Positions 8,083 to 17,251 of a stretch of 64,000 nt of DNA are shown here, in pieces. The stretch is from Rhodothermia bacterium (lineage in GTDB: Bacteria; Bacteroidota; Rhodothermia; Rhodothermales; UBA2364). The translations under genes and the position numbers were made by a program. The stretch's first letter is position 1. Every line of letters begins with the position of its first letter. The DNA lies in the NCBI GenBank assembly GCA_017303715.1, contig JAFLBZ010000005.1, positions 128,511 through 192,510 of the forward strand, read 5' to 3'. The notes beneath the pieces are model-generated. The model was not told the origin of the DNA. It searched no databases and saw only the letters and a list, made by a program, of their open reading frames with translations.

Positions 8083-9999
8083 ATGAAACAATTTTCTACA
8101 CGCTTTTTACTCCTGCTACCACTGCTCCTCATTTGGAACGTGGCAGAGGTGGTGCAGGCGCAGACCAAGAAGGTCCGCCTACCCATTGGATTGGAGAGTG
8201 CAGATGTCAACTACGACCTTTTGAGTTTTGGCAATGCCACCGCCGAAATCGTGAGCGACCCTTTCCGGCCTAACAACAAAGTAATTTCGGCTACTAAGCC
8301 TGATGGCGCGGAAACATGGGCTGGAACTATTGTCGGAAATGCAGGATTAGAGTACCCTATACAATTCTCTGCTGGTAATACGACCTTTTCTATGGATGTT
8401 TATTCGCCCATTGCAGGAATTAAGGTTTTGATAAAGTTAGAAAATGCCTCCAACGGAAGTGTTAGTGTTGAAACCTCTGCAACGGTCACAGAAGCAAATA
8501 AATGGCAAACGTTGTCTTTTGACTTCGCCAAAAATGAAACTGGTACACCAGCCTTGAACCTTTCGGCTACTTACAGCAAAGTGGTTGTCTTCATGAACTT
8601 TGGCACAACTGGTGCAGCTGATGGAAATGCGGTTTATTATTACGACAACATCTCTCACCCACCAACAGATAATTATTCTGGCCCCGTAGATCCACCATCT
8701 CCCGCTGTATTGCCCGTGACCTTTGATAGCGCAGGCGTTAATTACAACCTCGTGGACTTCGGCGGAAACGGCTCCACCATCGGTGCTGACCCAACAAATG
8801 CAGCAAACAAAGTTGCCATTACCACAAAGGGCACGAATGCGGAACTCTGGGCAGGAACAACCCTCTTCGGAACTGCTGGATTTGACAGTAAAGTCCCACT
8901 CACTGCCGCAAATACCAAAATGACGTTAAAGGTGTATGCACCACACGCACCTATCCAAGTCCGCCTCAAACTCGAAGAAGCTGCCGACCCAACCAAGACC
9001 GTAGAAACCGAGGCGACCATAACGCAGGCCAATACGTGGCAAACCGTCGAGTTTGACTTCTCAAAACAAGTAGAAGGTACTGCTGCGCTTAACCTTAGCC
9101 TCAACTATAACAAGGCTTCCGTTTTCTTTAACTTCGGTGTTACAGGAGCAGCCGCTGGCGAAAAAACCTACTATTGGGACGATTTGGCCATGTCCGCAGC
9201 TGTAAATCCACCCAAAACCTTGCCCGTGACCTTTGATACTGCTGGATTAGACTATCAGCTCGCAGACTTCGGCGGAAACGGCTCCACCATCGGTGCTGAC
9301 CCAACCAATGCGGCTAACAAAGTTGCCATTACCACAAAGGGAACGAATGCGGAACTCTGGGCTGGAACAACCCTCTTCGGAACTGCTGGATTTGATAGTA
9401 AAGTACCACTCACTGCCGCAAATACCAAAATGACGTTAAAGGTGTATGCACCACACGCACCGATCCAAGTCCGCCTCAAACTCGAAGAAGCTGCCGACCC
9501 AACCAAGACCGTAGAGACCGAAGCAACCGTTACGCAAGCCAATACGTGGCAAACACTAAACTTTGATTTTGCTAAACAAGCAGAAGGCACTGCGGCGATT
9601 AACTTCGACTATAATTACAACAAGGCATCTATTTTCTTCAACTTCGGTGTTACAGGAGCAGCCGCTGGCGAAAAAACCTACTATTGGGATGACGTAATCT
9701 TTATCTCTACCGTCCCAACAGAAACAGAAATCCCATTAGGATTTGACCTCGAACAAAACTACCCGAATCCTTTTAATCCATCAACAACCATTCCTTTTGA
9801 GCTTAACAAGTCTGGTTATGTTAAACTCTCGGTGTATGACGTTACCGGACGATTGGTGGCAAAATTGGTAAACCAGCCATTGTCCGCTGGCAATTATCGG
9901 GTTTCATTGGATGCAAGCAGCCTTAATAGCGGTATGTATTTTTATCGCTTGGAAGTGGATCAACACCAAGTGGTTAAAAAAATGACCTTACTTCGATAA
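8083..9999 (+). CDS. Secreted three-domain repeat protein with a T9SS C-terminal sorting domain
   Basis: The ATG at 8083 lies one codon after the GTG of the ORF call. The signal peptide is MKQFSTRFLLLLPLLLIWNVAEVVQAQ. There are three ~170-aa homologous modules. The C-terminus is NYPNPFNPSTTIPF..VYDVTGRLV..GMYFYRL. Confidence 0.8.
   Translation: MKQFSTRFLLLLPLLLIWNVAEVVQAQTKKVRLPIGLESADVNYDLLSFGNATAEIVSDPFRPNNKVISATKPDGAETWAGTIVGNAGLEYPIQFSAGNTTFSMDVYSPIAGIKVLIKLENASNGSVSVETSATVTEANKWQTLSFDFAKNETGTPALNLSATYSKVVVFMNFGTTGAADGNAVYYYDNISHPPTDNYSGPVDPPSPAVLPVTFDSAGVNYNLVDFGGNGSTIGADPTNAANKVAITTKGTNAELWAGTTLFGTAGFDSKVPLTAANTKMTLKVYAPHAPIQVRLKLEEAADPTKTVETEATITQANTWQTVEFDFSKQVEGTAALNLSLNYNKASVFFNFGVTGAAAGEKTYYWDDLAMSAAVNPPKTLPVTFDTAGLDYQLADFGGNGSTIGADPTNAANKVAITTKGTNAELWAGTTLFGTAGFDSKVPLTAANTKMTLKVYAPHAPIQVRLKLEEAADPTKTVETEATVTQANTWQTLNFDFAKQAEGTAAINFDYNYNKASIFFNFGVTGAAAGEKTYYWDDVIFISTVPTETEIPLGFDLEQNYPNPFNPSTTIPFELNKSGYVKLSVYDVTGRLVAKLVNQPLSAGNYRVSLDASSLNSGMYFYRLEVDQHQVVKKMTLLR
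8710..9700. repeat. Intragenic tandem duplication, period 510 nt (170 aa)
   Basis: ttgcccgtgacctttgat occurs at 8710 and 9220. The ~100-aa cores (DFGGNGSTIGADPTNAANK...TVETEAT) are identical at protein level and near-identical at nt level, whereas the edges have diverged. Confidence 0.9.
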
Positions 10000-10037
10000 G
10001 GCAAACCTGACTCAGTATATCTTGTTTGATTGAGAAG

Positions 10038-10073
10038 CCCGATTTATTCCGGTTTTGGCCTGAATGAATCGGG
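10038..10073 (+). terminator. Long hairpin downstream of the T9SS repeat protein gene
   Basis: cccgatttattc-N12-gaatgaatcggg is a 12-bp stem with one mismatch, 40 nt after the stop at 9999. Confidence 0.45.
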
Positions 10074-10449
10074 TTAGTTCTTTTGGATTTTACCATATGT
10101 TCTTACCCTTATGTTGGTCTTAACACATTGAAATACTCAATAATTTGCGGCTATTCTCTTTTTATTGGCTGTCTTTTTTTTAGTACTTTGTAAAGAGGAT
10201 TAACTTCATTCAAACGTAGCCGCTTTATCTTGTCTTCTTTTCTGATTCTAAGGATTCTTTGATTCACATACTCGACTTAAATATAGATTAAACAATAACT
10301 TGAGAAAAACTGCCTATTCTCAAATGATCCTTTTATAAAAAACCCGCAAATCACTTCACCCATATACAAGGAATTTGCTTAAATTAAAGAAAGTCACAAA
10401 CATTTGCTTGGCAGCCATTTTTAATAACGTAAATAAAAAGGCGACTAAC

Positions 10450-13400
10450 ATGGCCAAAATCTTAAAATACCATTCATTTTTTACAGGTATTTTGCTGGTT
10501 GTCTTTCACCCCATTTTGCTAACTGCACAAAATCCTTCATTTTCTTTCGAGCAAATTACAATTCAACAGGGACTCTCCCACAATACCGTATATGCCATTC
10601 TCCAAGATCGTTATGGCTTGATGTGGTTTGCCACCCACAATGGTCTAAATAAATACGATGGGTATGGCTTTAAAAACTACAATACCTCAACCAGATCAGA
10701 CCCCAATTTTGAAGGGCGAATAATAAGCACTCTTATCGAGGATCGTTCCGGCAATATTTGGGTAGGCACACAAAATAAAGGCATCAATGTACTTTGGGCA
10801 GCGACCGGAAGATTTATGGCATGTAGATCCCATTCAGTTTTATCCGCACTTGCCAATACATGGATTACCCGAATTTATGAAGACCGAAGTGGCTCCATCT
10901 GGATTACAACGATTGGGAAAGGCATCTTTACATATGACCCCACTAAAAATAGGCTTAACCAATGGAGTAAAACCAATAAAAAACTGAATAGCAATCATGC
11001 CTTCGATGTCATGCAGGATGCACAAGGTCGTATGTGGGCCGTAACCGACCAGCCTACCCTTTCTTTGTTCTCTTCTTCTAAGCAGCGTTTTTCATCAATC
11101 CCTATTGATCCAACCCAACAAATAAAACTTTTGGGCTATCGAAAGGTTCTTCGGGCTGCAAAAAATGGCACTTTATGGATTGGAACGGAACGGCAAGGCA
11201 TTTTTCAATTCAACCCATATGACAATCAGCTACAACATTACCCTTTAGATGCCGCTAAAAATTCCTATAATGAAGTTCGAGACATAGAATTTGCTCAAAA
11301 TGGAAGCATCATGGTCGGAACCGACGGTGGCGGAGTCTATTTCATACAGCCCGGAAACGCAAACATCGTTTCCTTACAGAAGGACGTTACACGGTCTGGG
11401 AGTCTTAATACCAATGCCCTCTACGACCTTTATCTTTCAAAAGACAACAATCTATGGATTGGCACCTATAATGGCGGAATCAATGTGCATAAATCAAGAA
11501 AACTACGATTTGAAAATTTTACCCACACCGGTTTTCATGATGGGGAATTGAGTCATCCATCCGTATTAAGCATCATCCAAACCAAAAATGGAAATATTTG
11601 GATGGGAACCGATGGTGGCGGCCTTAACCGCCTTGACCCCTTGACCCGAACTTTTTCCGCCAAGACACATCAGTCCAAAACAACCACTTCTTTGGCGGGT
11701 AATGTCGTCAAATCTTTGTATGAAGCACCAGATGGACGTATTTGGATCGGCTATTTCGGGCAAGGATTAGAAGTTTTTGATCCTAAAACAGGCAGTATCA
11801 AAAGAATTAACAAGCCAATCAATACGCCAGCATCGTTATTGGATGGCAACATTTGGAGTATCTCTGGCGCTCCGGATGGTAAACTTTATATAGCCATTTT
11901 AGGGGATGGGCTAATTGTTTATGACCCAACTTCCGAAACCCTTAACCATTATAAAGCAGGTTCACCAAATGCCAAAAACCTTCCATCCGATGACCTCATG
12001 TACGTCCATCGTGACCGAAACAATCGGGTTTGGATTGCAACAAGGGATCGCGGTTTGGTCTTGTTTACACCGGAAAATGGCCAATTTAAACAGTTTAAGT
12101 CTAATACAGGTGATCCCAATAGTTTGCGCGGCGCCGAAGTAAGGGTAATCTTTGAAGACCATAAAGGGGGTATTTGGGTGGGGACTGAAGACGGTGGACT
12201 GAACCAATGGAAAGGTGGAGACCAATTTTGGAATTATAATACCCACAAAGGGCTACTTTCAGAAAGCGTAATGGGCATCCAAGAAGACAAAGATGGTTTT
12301 ATTTGGGTTAGTACGATTCCGGGACTTTCTCGCATAAATCCCAAAACTGGATCAATCGAGAACTTTAATTTCCACCACCACGCTCAACCAAATCAATTCA
12401 ACCAAGCGGCCATATTGTTCAACCAATCGGGAAAACTCATGGTCGGGGGGATTAATGGGTTAATCATGCTTAAACCAAGCGAAGTCACACAATCAACCTC
12501 CATGCCGCGTGTACGCCTAACCGAATTGCGCATATTTAACGACATGATTCTCGCAGGAAAGACGTCCTCCGGTAGAACCATTTATGAAGGAAGAATAGAA
12601 GAGGTTAAAGAAATCAACCTTTCCTATTTAGACAATGCCTTTTCCATAGACTTCGCAACATCGGATTTAAGCGACCCCCAAAACAACCGATTTGAATATA
12701 AGTTAGAAGGGTTTCATTCCCACTGGCAACAATTGGAACTGCCGAGGCACTCGGTGAACTTTACCAACTTAGAACATGGAAGCTATATTTTTCGCATCAG
12801 AGGGACAAATAGCATGGGGATTTGGAGTGACAAAGAAACCTTTGTAAAAATTAATATTTCACCGCCTTTCTGGAAAACACTTCCTTTCCGTATTTTTCTG
12901 TTCATACTTTTTGGGATTTTGCTTTGGCAAGGCAACCGCCTCTTGCTTCATCGTCGGGAAAGACATCTTCGGGAAAAAATGATGGAGTCAGAGCGGGCTT
13001 TCCTTCAATTAAAAAATGAGAAGCTGGCCTCGGATTTAGCTGCAAAAAACAACCAATTGGTCTCTATGAGCTTGCAGATGGCTCATAAAAACGACTTCTT
13101 GAACAAGCTAAAACGTGAACTCAAAGACCCACCACCAACTCAAGATGTTCCACAACCAAGCCAACAACAAGTGATCAAACTCATTGATGCCGAGGTGCGG
13201 GGAGAAGATTTTTGGGAACGGTTTAATGCCTTCTTCGAGGAAACAAACAATGCATTTGCACAAGAGCTTAAACGTAAACACCCAGATTTAACCGCAAATG
13301 ACCTCCGCATCTGCTCCTTGATGCTCATCAATGTGAATACCAAAGAAATGGCCTCAATTCTTAATATCAGTCCAAAAGGTGTTGAAAAAAGCCGGTATAG

Positions 13401-13503
13401 GGTTAAGAAAAAGCTCGGCCTCTCCGCCGAAGACGATCTCGCCATTTATCTTAAGGGGTTCGGAACTATTAACGAGAGTTCGGACGAACTAATCAGTAAA
13501 TGA
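10450..13503 (+). CDS. One-component regulator: periplasmic two-component-regulator-propeller repeats + Y_Y_Y domain + TM helix + coiled coil + LuxR-type HTH
   Basis: The ATG at 10450 gives a signal peptide (MAKILKYHSFFTGILLVVFHPILLTAQ). Repeated IWVGT/LWIGT..GL propeller motifs are present. The TM segment is LPFRIFLFILFGILLW. The C-terminal HTH is LTANDLRICSLMLINVNTKEMASILNISPKGVEKSRYRVKKKLGL. Confidence 0.8.
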   Translation: MAKILKYHSFFTGILLVVFHPILLTAQNPSFSFEQITIQQGLSHNTVYAILQDRYGLMWFATHNGLNKYDGYGFKNYNTSTRSDPNFEGRIISTLIEDRSGNIWVGTQNKGINVLWAATGRFMACRSHSVLSALANTWITRIYEDRSGSIWITTIGKGIFTYDPTKNRLNQWSKTNKKLNSNHAFDVMQDAQGRMWAVTDQPTLSLFSSSKQRFSSIPIDPTQQIKLLGYRKVLRAAKNGTLWIGTERQGIFQFNPYDNQLQHYPLDAAKNSYNEVRDIEFAQNGSIMVGTDGGGVYFIQPGNANIVSLQKDVTRSGSLNTNALYDLYLSKDNNLWIGTYNGGINVHKSRKLRFENFTHTGFHDGELSHPSVLSIIQTKNGNIWMGTDGGGLNRLDPLTRTFSAKTHQSKTTTSLAGNVVKSLYEAPDGRIWIGYFGQGLEVFDPKTGSIKRINKPINTPASLLDGNIWSISGAPDGKLYIAILGDGLIVYDPTSETLNHYKAGSPNAKNLPSDDLMYVHRDRNNRVWIATRDRGLVLFTPENGQFKQFKSNTGDPNSLRGAEVRVIFEDHKGGIWVGTEDGGLNQWKGGDQFWNYNTHKGLLSESVMGIQEDKDGFIWVSTIPGLSRINPKTGSIENFNFHHHAQPNQFNQAAILFNQSGKLMVGGINGLIMLKPSEVTQSTSMPRVRLTELRIFNDMILAGKTSSGRTIYEGRIEEVKEINLSYLDNAFSIDFATSDLSDPQNNRFEYKLEGFHSHWQQLELPRHSVNFTNLEHGSYIFRIRGTNSMGIWSDKETFVKINISPPFWKTLPFRIFLFILFGILLWQGNRLLLHRRERHLREKMMESERAFLQLKNEKLASDLAAKNNQLVSMSLQMAHKNDFLNKLKRELKDPPPTQDVPQPSQQQVIKLIDAEVRGEDFWERFNAFFEETNNAFAQELKRKHPDLTANDLRICSLMLINVNTKEMASILNISPKGVEKSRYRVKKKLGLSAEDDLAIYLKGFGTINESSDELISK

Positions 13504-13515
13504 CGTTCACGCGCT

Positions 13516-14103
13516 CTAATTTGATTGTAGCTTCGAATAAGGTGTAATATGAAGTTCTTGGGTCAACCTATTTGCAAACGCATTCAATGCAAGGTCTTTG
13601 GCGATTGGTTTGACAACTTGCCAAACAACCAATAACACACTCCCAACGGACGTTGGAGGCGCAAGTTCAACGGCCTGTGGCGTTATAACGGTTCTTTCTA
13701 ATTGGCCACGCAAGGCATCCATCCTTGTCAGATCATTTGTGTACGTTAATGACATGATAGGTTTACCAAACTTATAATTACGAATAGATTGATGTAAGCT
13801 CAATAATGTGGCCTCATGAACCAAGACTATCTCATCGTATTTTTGGATGGCCTTTGCTTGTTCTGCATTCGGTAGTGTTTTTATTTTTCTTCCAAATTGT
13901 TCCGTCTCTTTTTTGTTCATCTCTAAACGATTAATAAGCGTTGTATCCACCTTTATGACTAAGTTTTGAGCCAATCGGAGGGTAACAACCACTTTTCCTG
14001 TCGTTTTTGATGAAAAAACATCACTTGCTTTATTAAAGACTTTACAACCTGAAAGGGTCAAAAGACAAAAAGCACTTATCAAATAAAAAGATTTTTTTTT
14101 CAT
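13516..14103 (-). CDS. Small lipoprotein, family B (paralogue of 14157..14690 and 35464..36030)
   Basis: The lipobox is LLTLSGC. It aligns by eye with 35464..36030: RLA..IK.D..IN.L...KAI..Y..IV.VH...I..Y..G.PI. Confidence 0.6.
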   Translation of the reverse strand: MKKKSFYLISAFCLLTLSGCKVFNKASDVFSSKTTGKVVVTLRLAQNLVIKVDTTLINRLEMNKKETEQFGRKIKTLPNAEQAKAIQKYDEIVLVHEATLLSLHQSIRNYKFGKPIMSLTYTNDLTRMDALRGQLERTVITPQAVELAPPTSVGSVLLVVWQVVKPIAKDLALNAFANRLTQELHITPYSKLQSN

Positions 14104-14156
14104 GTTGATTAATTCATTTTTTCGGATTTAGTTTTGGCATAAGTCATTCCTGACTT

Positions 14157-14690
14157 TCATTTATTTTTCGAGCTTTCCAGCTCATTAAAATTAATTATTT
14201 GCAAATCAACCGTCAAAACCTCTGCAAAATAAGCCAAGACCATGCTACGTGCTGGCGCTTTTATTGCTTGATAAATAGAAGCCGAAATTGCAGATGGGTC
14301 TTTCATCGCTTTAGGCTTTAGCAAGCCCGACTCATTCATCCTATCAAAGAGAATTTTATAGTTAAGTTGAATATTTTCAAAAAAGGTATTAAACCTACCA
14401 ACCTTTATAGTCGTTCCAATTTTATACGCTAATATATCTTTTTTAAGGGCCAACAACCCCGCTTTCTGTGCAGTTTGAATATTTTGGTATAGTTGGGTAT
14501 ATTCCCCTGCTTTATTTGGCCCTATGTTTTTAAGGATCCAGCCTAGTGCTTCTGTATCATTCTTAAACCTTTCAAAAGAATCAACAACTTTGGGTTCTAT
14601 CCGAACAACTTTTCTATGCATGAGGTGGACACCATCAATTCTACAACCTGTGAAAAGGGACAATACAATTAAGGCTATATATTTTTTCAT
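14157..14690 (-). CDS. Small lipoprotein, family B (divergent paralogue)
   Basis: The lipobox is SLFTGC. It has the same length and layout as 13516..14103, and the C-terminus matches: IYQAIKAPARSMVLAYFAEVLTVDLQI versus VVWQVVKPIAKDLALNAFANRLTQELHI. Confidence 0.55.
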   Translation of the reverse strand: MKKYIALIVLSLFTGCRIDGVHLMHRKVVRIEPKVVDSFERFKNDTEALGWILKNIGPNKAGEYTQLYQNIQTAQKAGLLALKKDILAYKIGTTIKVGRFNTFFENIQLNYKILFDRMNESGLLKPKAMKDPSAISASIYQAIKAPARSMVLAYFAEVLTVDLQIINFNELESSKNK

Positions 14691-14765
14691 ATTTTACCTC
14701 AATGATTTAGCGTGTTTAAGGTTATTAGATATAAACATGTTTGTTAAAGTCCAATACTTCCTTAT

Positions 14766-15590
14766 TTAACTTTTTACGACTAATGCTTTCCTGAAAATAG
14801 TAGCAAGGTTTTTGTAGGGTAAAAACCCTTTACCACTTATCTCCCACAATATTTTTTCAGGATGGTAAGCCATGAAACCACCATCATATTGACGATCATC
14901 ATACCCTGTCAATACAAGTGTAATTTCCTTCATACTGGGAAGTACCTTGCCATCAAAACCAGAAGATACAGTAAAGAACTCTTCTAAACTTTTTTCATTT
15001 AAAACCAACTCAACAATGATAAGTGATTTTTTATTAATTTCATGCCGTAGTGACTTGATAAGCTGTATTTCGGATAGCCCACCAATATCCATATTTTTAA
15101 CTTTAATGTCCTTTTGAGCCATTTGTTCTACATTTTCAATAATATTATCAGAACAAAATAGCCCTACCTGGGACGAAGGTACAAGACCTTTAAACTCGAC
15201 GACTTTTTGCAAAGAGTCCCATGCAACATTTTTAGTGCAATCCGCATAATTAATGGCCATTTTATGCAACATACCGGGAGAAAAAACAAGCATTTCTGGT
15301 TTTTCAGTAGCGTGGGTATTTATCCAACTAAGTGTGCTTGCAAAACTTATTGCAACGGCTTTTTTCATGTATTCTGGCGCCCCTAACGCAAAAACGGGGG
15401 TTTTCTCAAAATTTGTTACATATGGAGGAAGTCCTTCATCGTCAAAGATGATTCCTGTTGGTTTTGGAATTGTATCTTGCAACGAAGATGACTTATATCG
15501 TAGTTGCGAAGCAACTTTAAAAGCTGGACGAGTAGTTGTGCCACATGCAATAAGCCCAAAAAGTAATGGGCAAATAAGGAAGTTACGCAT
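14766..15590 (-). CDS. Lipoprotein resembling a catalytically inactive papain-like (C1) domain
   Basis: The lipobox is FGLIACG. Blocks shared with the neighbouring C1 peptidases are FSPG and LVLTGYDDRQYDGGFMAYHP versus HAVTVVGYDDQKDGGAFEIMNSWG. The Cys-motif position (CTAWS) reads ASTLSW and the His position reads E. Confidence 0.5.
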   Translation of the reverse strand: MRNFLICPLLFGLIACGTTTRPAFKVASQLRYKSSSLQDTIPKPTGIIFDDEGLPPYVTNFEKTPVFALGAPEYMKKAVAISFASTLSWINTHATEKPEMLVFSPGMLHKMAINYADCTKNVAWDSLQKVVEFKGLVPSSQVGLFCSDNIIENVEQMAQKDIKVKNMDIGGLSEIQLIKSLRHEINKKSLIIVELVLNEKSLEEFFTVSSGFDGKVLPSMKEITLVLTGYDDRQYDGGFMAYHPEKILWEISGKGFLPYKNLATIFRKALVVKS

Positions 15591-15781
15591 AATTGAAATG
15601 AGTTTAATGAATTGAGTTTGTCACAACAAAAGACAGTAAACACTAAAGTACAAGAACAACAACTGTTTTTGTCATGAGATAATTGCGAAGTGAGAGGTAT
15701 TAAGTGAAAAGATATTTTAACAATTAGCATCTTAGTAAACATAAATATCAATTCACGTTTTGTATTTTGAATTATTTCATA

Positions 15782-17236
15782 TTATTCAACCTCCATTTCC
15801 AATATTAAAACAACGAGACCTTGTTCATTTGACTTCACCCTGAATGATATTTTTTCTTGAGAATATTCAATTTTGGCATCAGGAATTCGTCTTGATAGTA
15901 ATACTCTATTAAGTTTTTCTGAAATAGTACCTGTTTTTTCTTGTTTTAGTAAAGACATTATTGCATCAAAATCCAATTTTTCAGTGGAATATAAAACAAT
16001 AAAATAATCCGTTGTCTTAAAGTCACTCGCCTCAAATACATGCTTTTCGCTTGGAATAGCCGTCTCATTTATTAATTCCCCAAAACTTTTATAGTTCATA
16101 TAAGGATCTATATTTTCCTCATATGGAAACAATTTTGTTATTTCACCTCTTAAGTCTGACCCTATAGCATAAACAAATGCAGGTTCACTATTTTCTATTA
16201 CAAGACGATATTGTAATTGCTGGGGAATAGGTTTTTCGGTACGGTAATGACTTTGTATGATGCGAGACAGCCTTGGCGCCCCATATTTTTTATTAGATAT
16301 TGTTTTAATAACCCTTCCATACCTATCTTCAACCCTAAATGAGCCACTTAATGTTTTCGTTGGTGTGGGCAAATGATTGCGTTTTGGAATTAATTCAATC
16401 GCCATATCTGTAAAATGAGCAAAGTCATCGTATTTTATCCACCAAAATCCTTTATCCCCCCACGCTGTTCCCCAGCTGTTCATGATTTCAAAAACGCCTC
16501 CATCCTTAGTATCATTATAACCGACAACCGTCATCGCATGCCCAATAGTACCGCTTTCCCCGACTGGTTTCCATGCCCCAATTTGATAGTTCCTTAAACT
16601 TTCCCATGCCTCACGGGTAAAACTCATTCCAATCATGACCGGATACTTTTGAGCCAGTGATTTTTTAACATTTCCAACTTTTTTAGACAGATCTCTTTCA
16701 TTGATATCAAATAATCGAGCATAGCCTTCTAACTTGGAAAATTCCCAATTCTTAATAGACGGCAACTCATGATCTTGTGGACAATCAGACCTAATTTCTG
16801 CCATACGGGGAGCGCCTACATTTTTTAAGGTTTCTAATATTGGCACCAAATCCCCTCCTTGGCTACACGTTTCATCTGCTGGAAAAGACAGTCTATAGAT
16901 AGACCCCGCATTATACATCTCACGGCTGATCACGTTAGGCGATCGCCAATTTCGATTTTGTGCCTCAAGAATTACACGGGCATGAGCCGCAGACCATGCC
17001 GTACAAGTTTCGTACTCACCTTGATCGCCCGGAGTTGGGGCAAAAGGACGAAGAGAAATTTCTTTTGGCAGATTTTCACCACTCCTTGTGGTAAATGAAA
17101 TTTTTTGAGGTAGTCTTTGATAAGAATCAATTGACAATTTAGTGGTAACAAGCCCCTGGGAAAACAAAAGATTTACCTCTAATGTCGTAGTCAGTATAAT
17201 GACAGCCCAACAAAATATTTTCTTTCCTAAAATCAT
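15782..17236 (-). CDS. Secreted papain-family (C1) cysteine peptidase with a DUF4384-like C-terminal domain
   Basis: A signal peptide is present. In QGEYETCTAWS the Gln is 6 residues before the Cys, as in papain. GHAMTVVGYNDTKDGGVFEIMNSWGTAWGDKGFWWIKY supplies the His and the Asn-Ser-Trp-Gly block. The C-terminus PAFVYAIGSDLRGEITKLFPYE..YFIVLYSTEKL matches the DUF4384 pattern. Confidence 0.8.
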   Translation of the reverse strand: MILGKKIFCWAVIILTTTLEVNLLFSQGLVTTKLSIDSYQRLPQKISFTTRSGENLPKEISLRPFAPTPGDQGEYETCTAWSAAHARVILEAQNRNWRSPNVISREMYNAGSIYRLSFPADETCSQGGDLVPILETLKNVGAPRMAEIRSDCPQDHELPSIKNWEFSKLEGYARLFDINERDLSKKVGNVKKSLAQKYPVMIGMSFTREAWESLRNYQIGAWKPVGESGTIGHAMTVVGYNDTKDGGVFEIMNSWGTAWGDKGFWWIKYDDFAHFTDMAIELIPKRNHLPTPTKTLSGSFRVEDRYGRVIKTISNKKYGAPRLSRIIQSHYRTEKPIPQQLQYRLVIENSEPAFVYAIGSDLRGEITKLFPYEENIDPYMNYKSFGELINETAIPSEKHVFEASDFKTTDYFIVLYSTEKLDFDAIMSLLKQEKTGTISEKLNRVLLSRRIPDAKIEYSQEKISFRVKSNEQGLVVLILEMEVE

Positions 17237-17251
17237 ATTTTTTTTAAATGA

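Noticed and set aside
8742-9590. Two nearly identical antisense ORFs (120 and 111 aa) inside the T9SS repeat protein gene
   Set aside because: They are duplicated only because the sense-strand 510-nt unit is duplicated. They have no start context or motifs, and the sense ORF has a signal peptide and a T9SS CTD.
10375-10449. N-terminal extensions in the ORF track (10375 TTG; 24793..24945; 29431 TTG..29589; 37858..37929; 43294..43404; 50512..50541; 6611..6676)
   Set aside because: In each case an internal ATG gives a canonical signal peptide or the conserved family N-terminus, for example MKILIVGG for the flavoprotein and MYTLL for SecG. The upstream part is non-conserved, overlaps the preceding gene, or starts at a rare codon.
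15416-15751. 111-aa ORF between the pseudo-papain lipoprotein gene and the C1 peptidase gene
   Set aside because: It overlaps the 5' end of 14766..15590 in another frame, has Cys/Phe/Leu-rich low-complexity sequence typical of AT-rich spacer translation, and has no motif.
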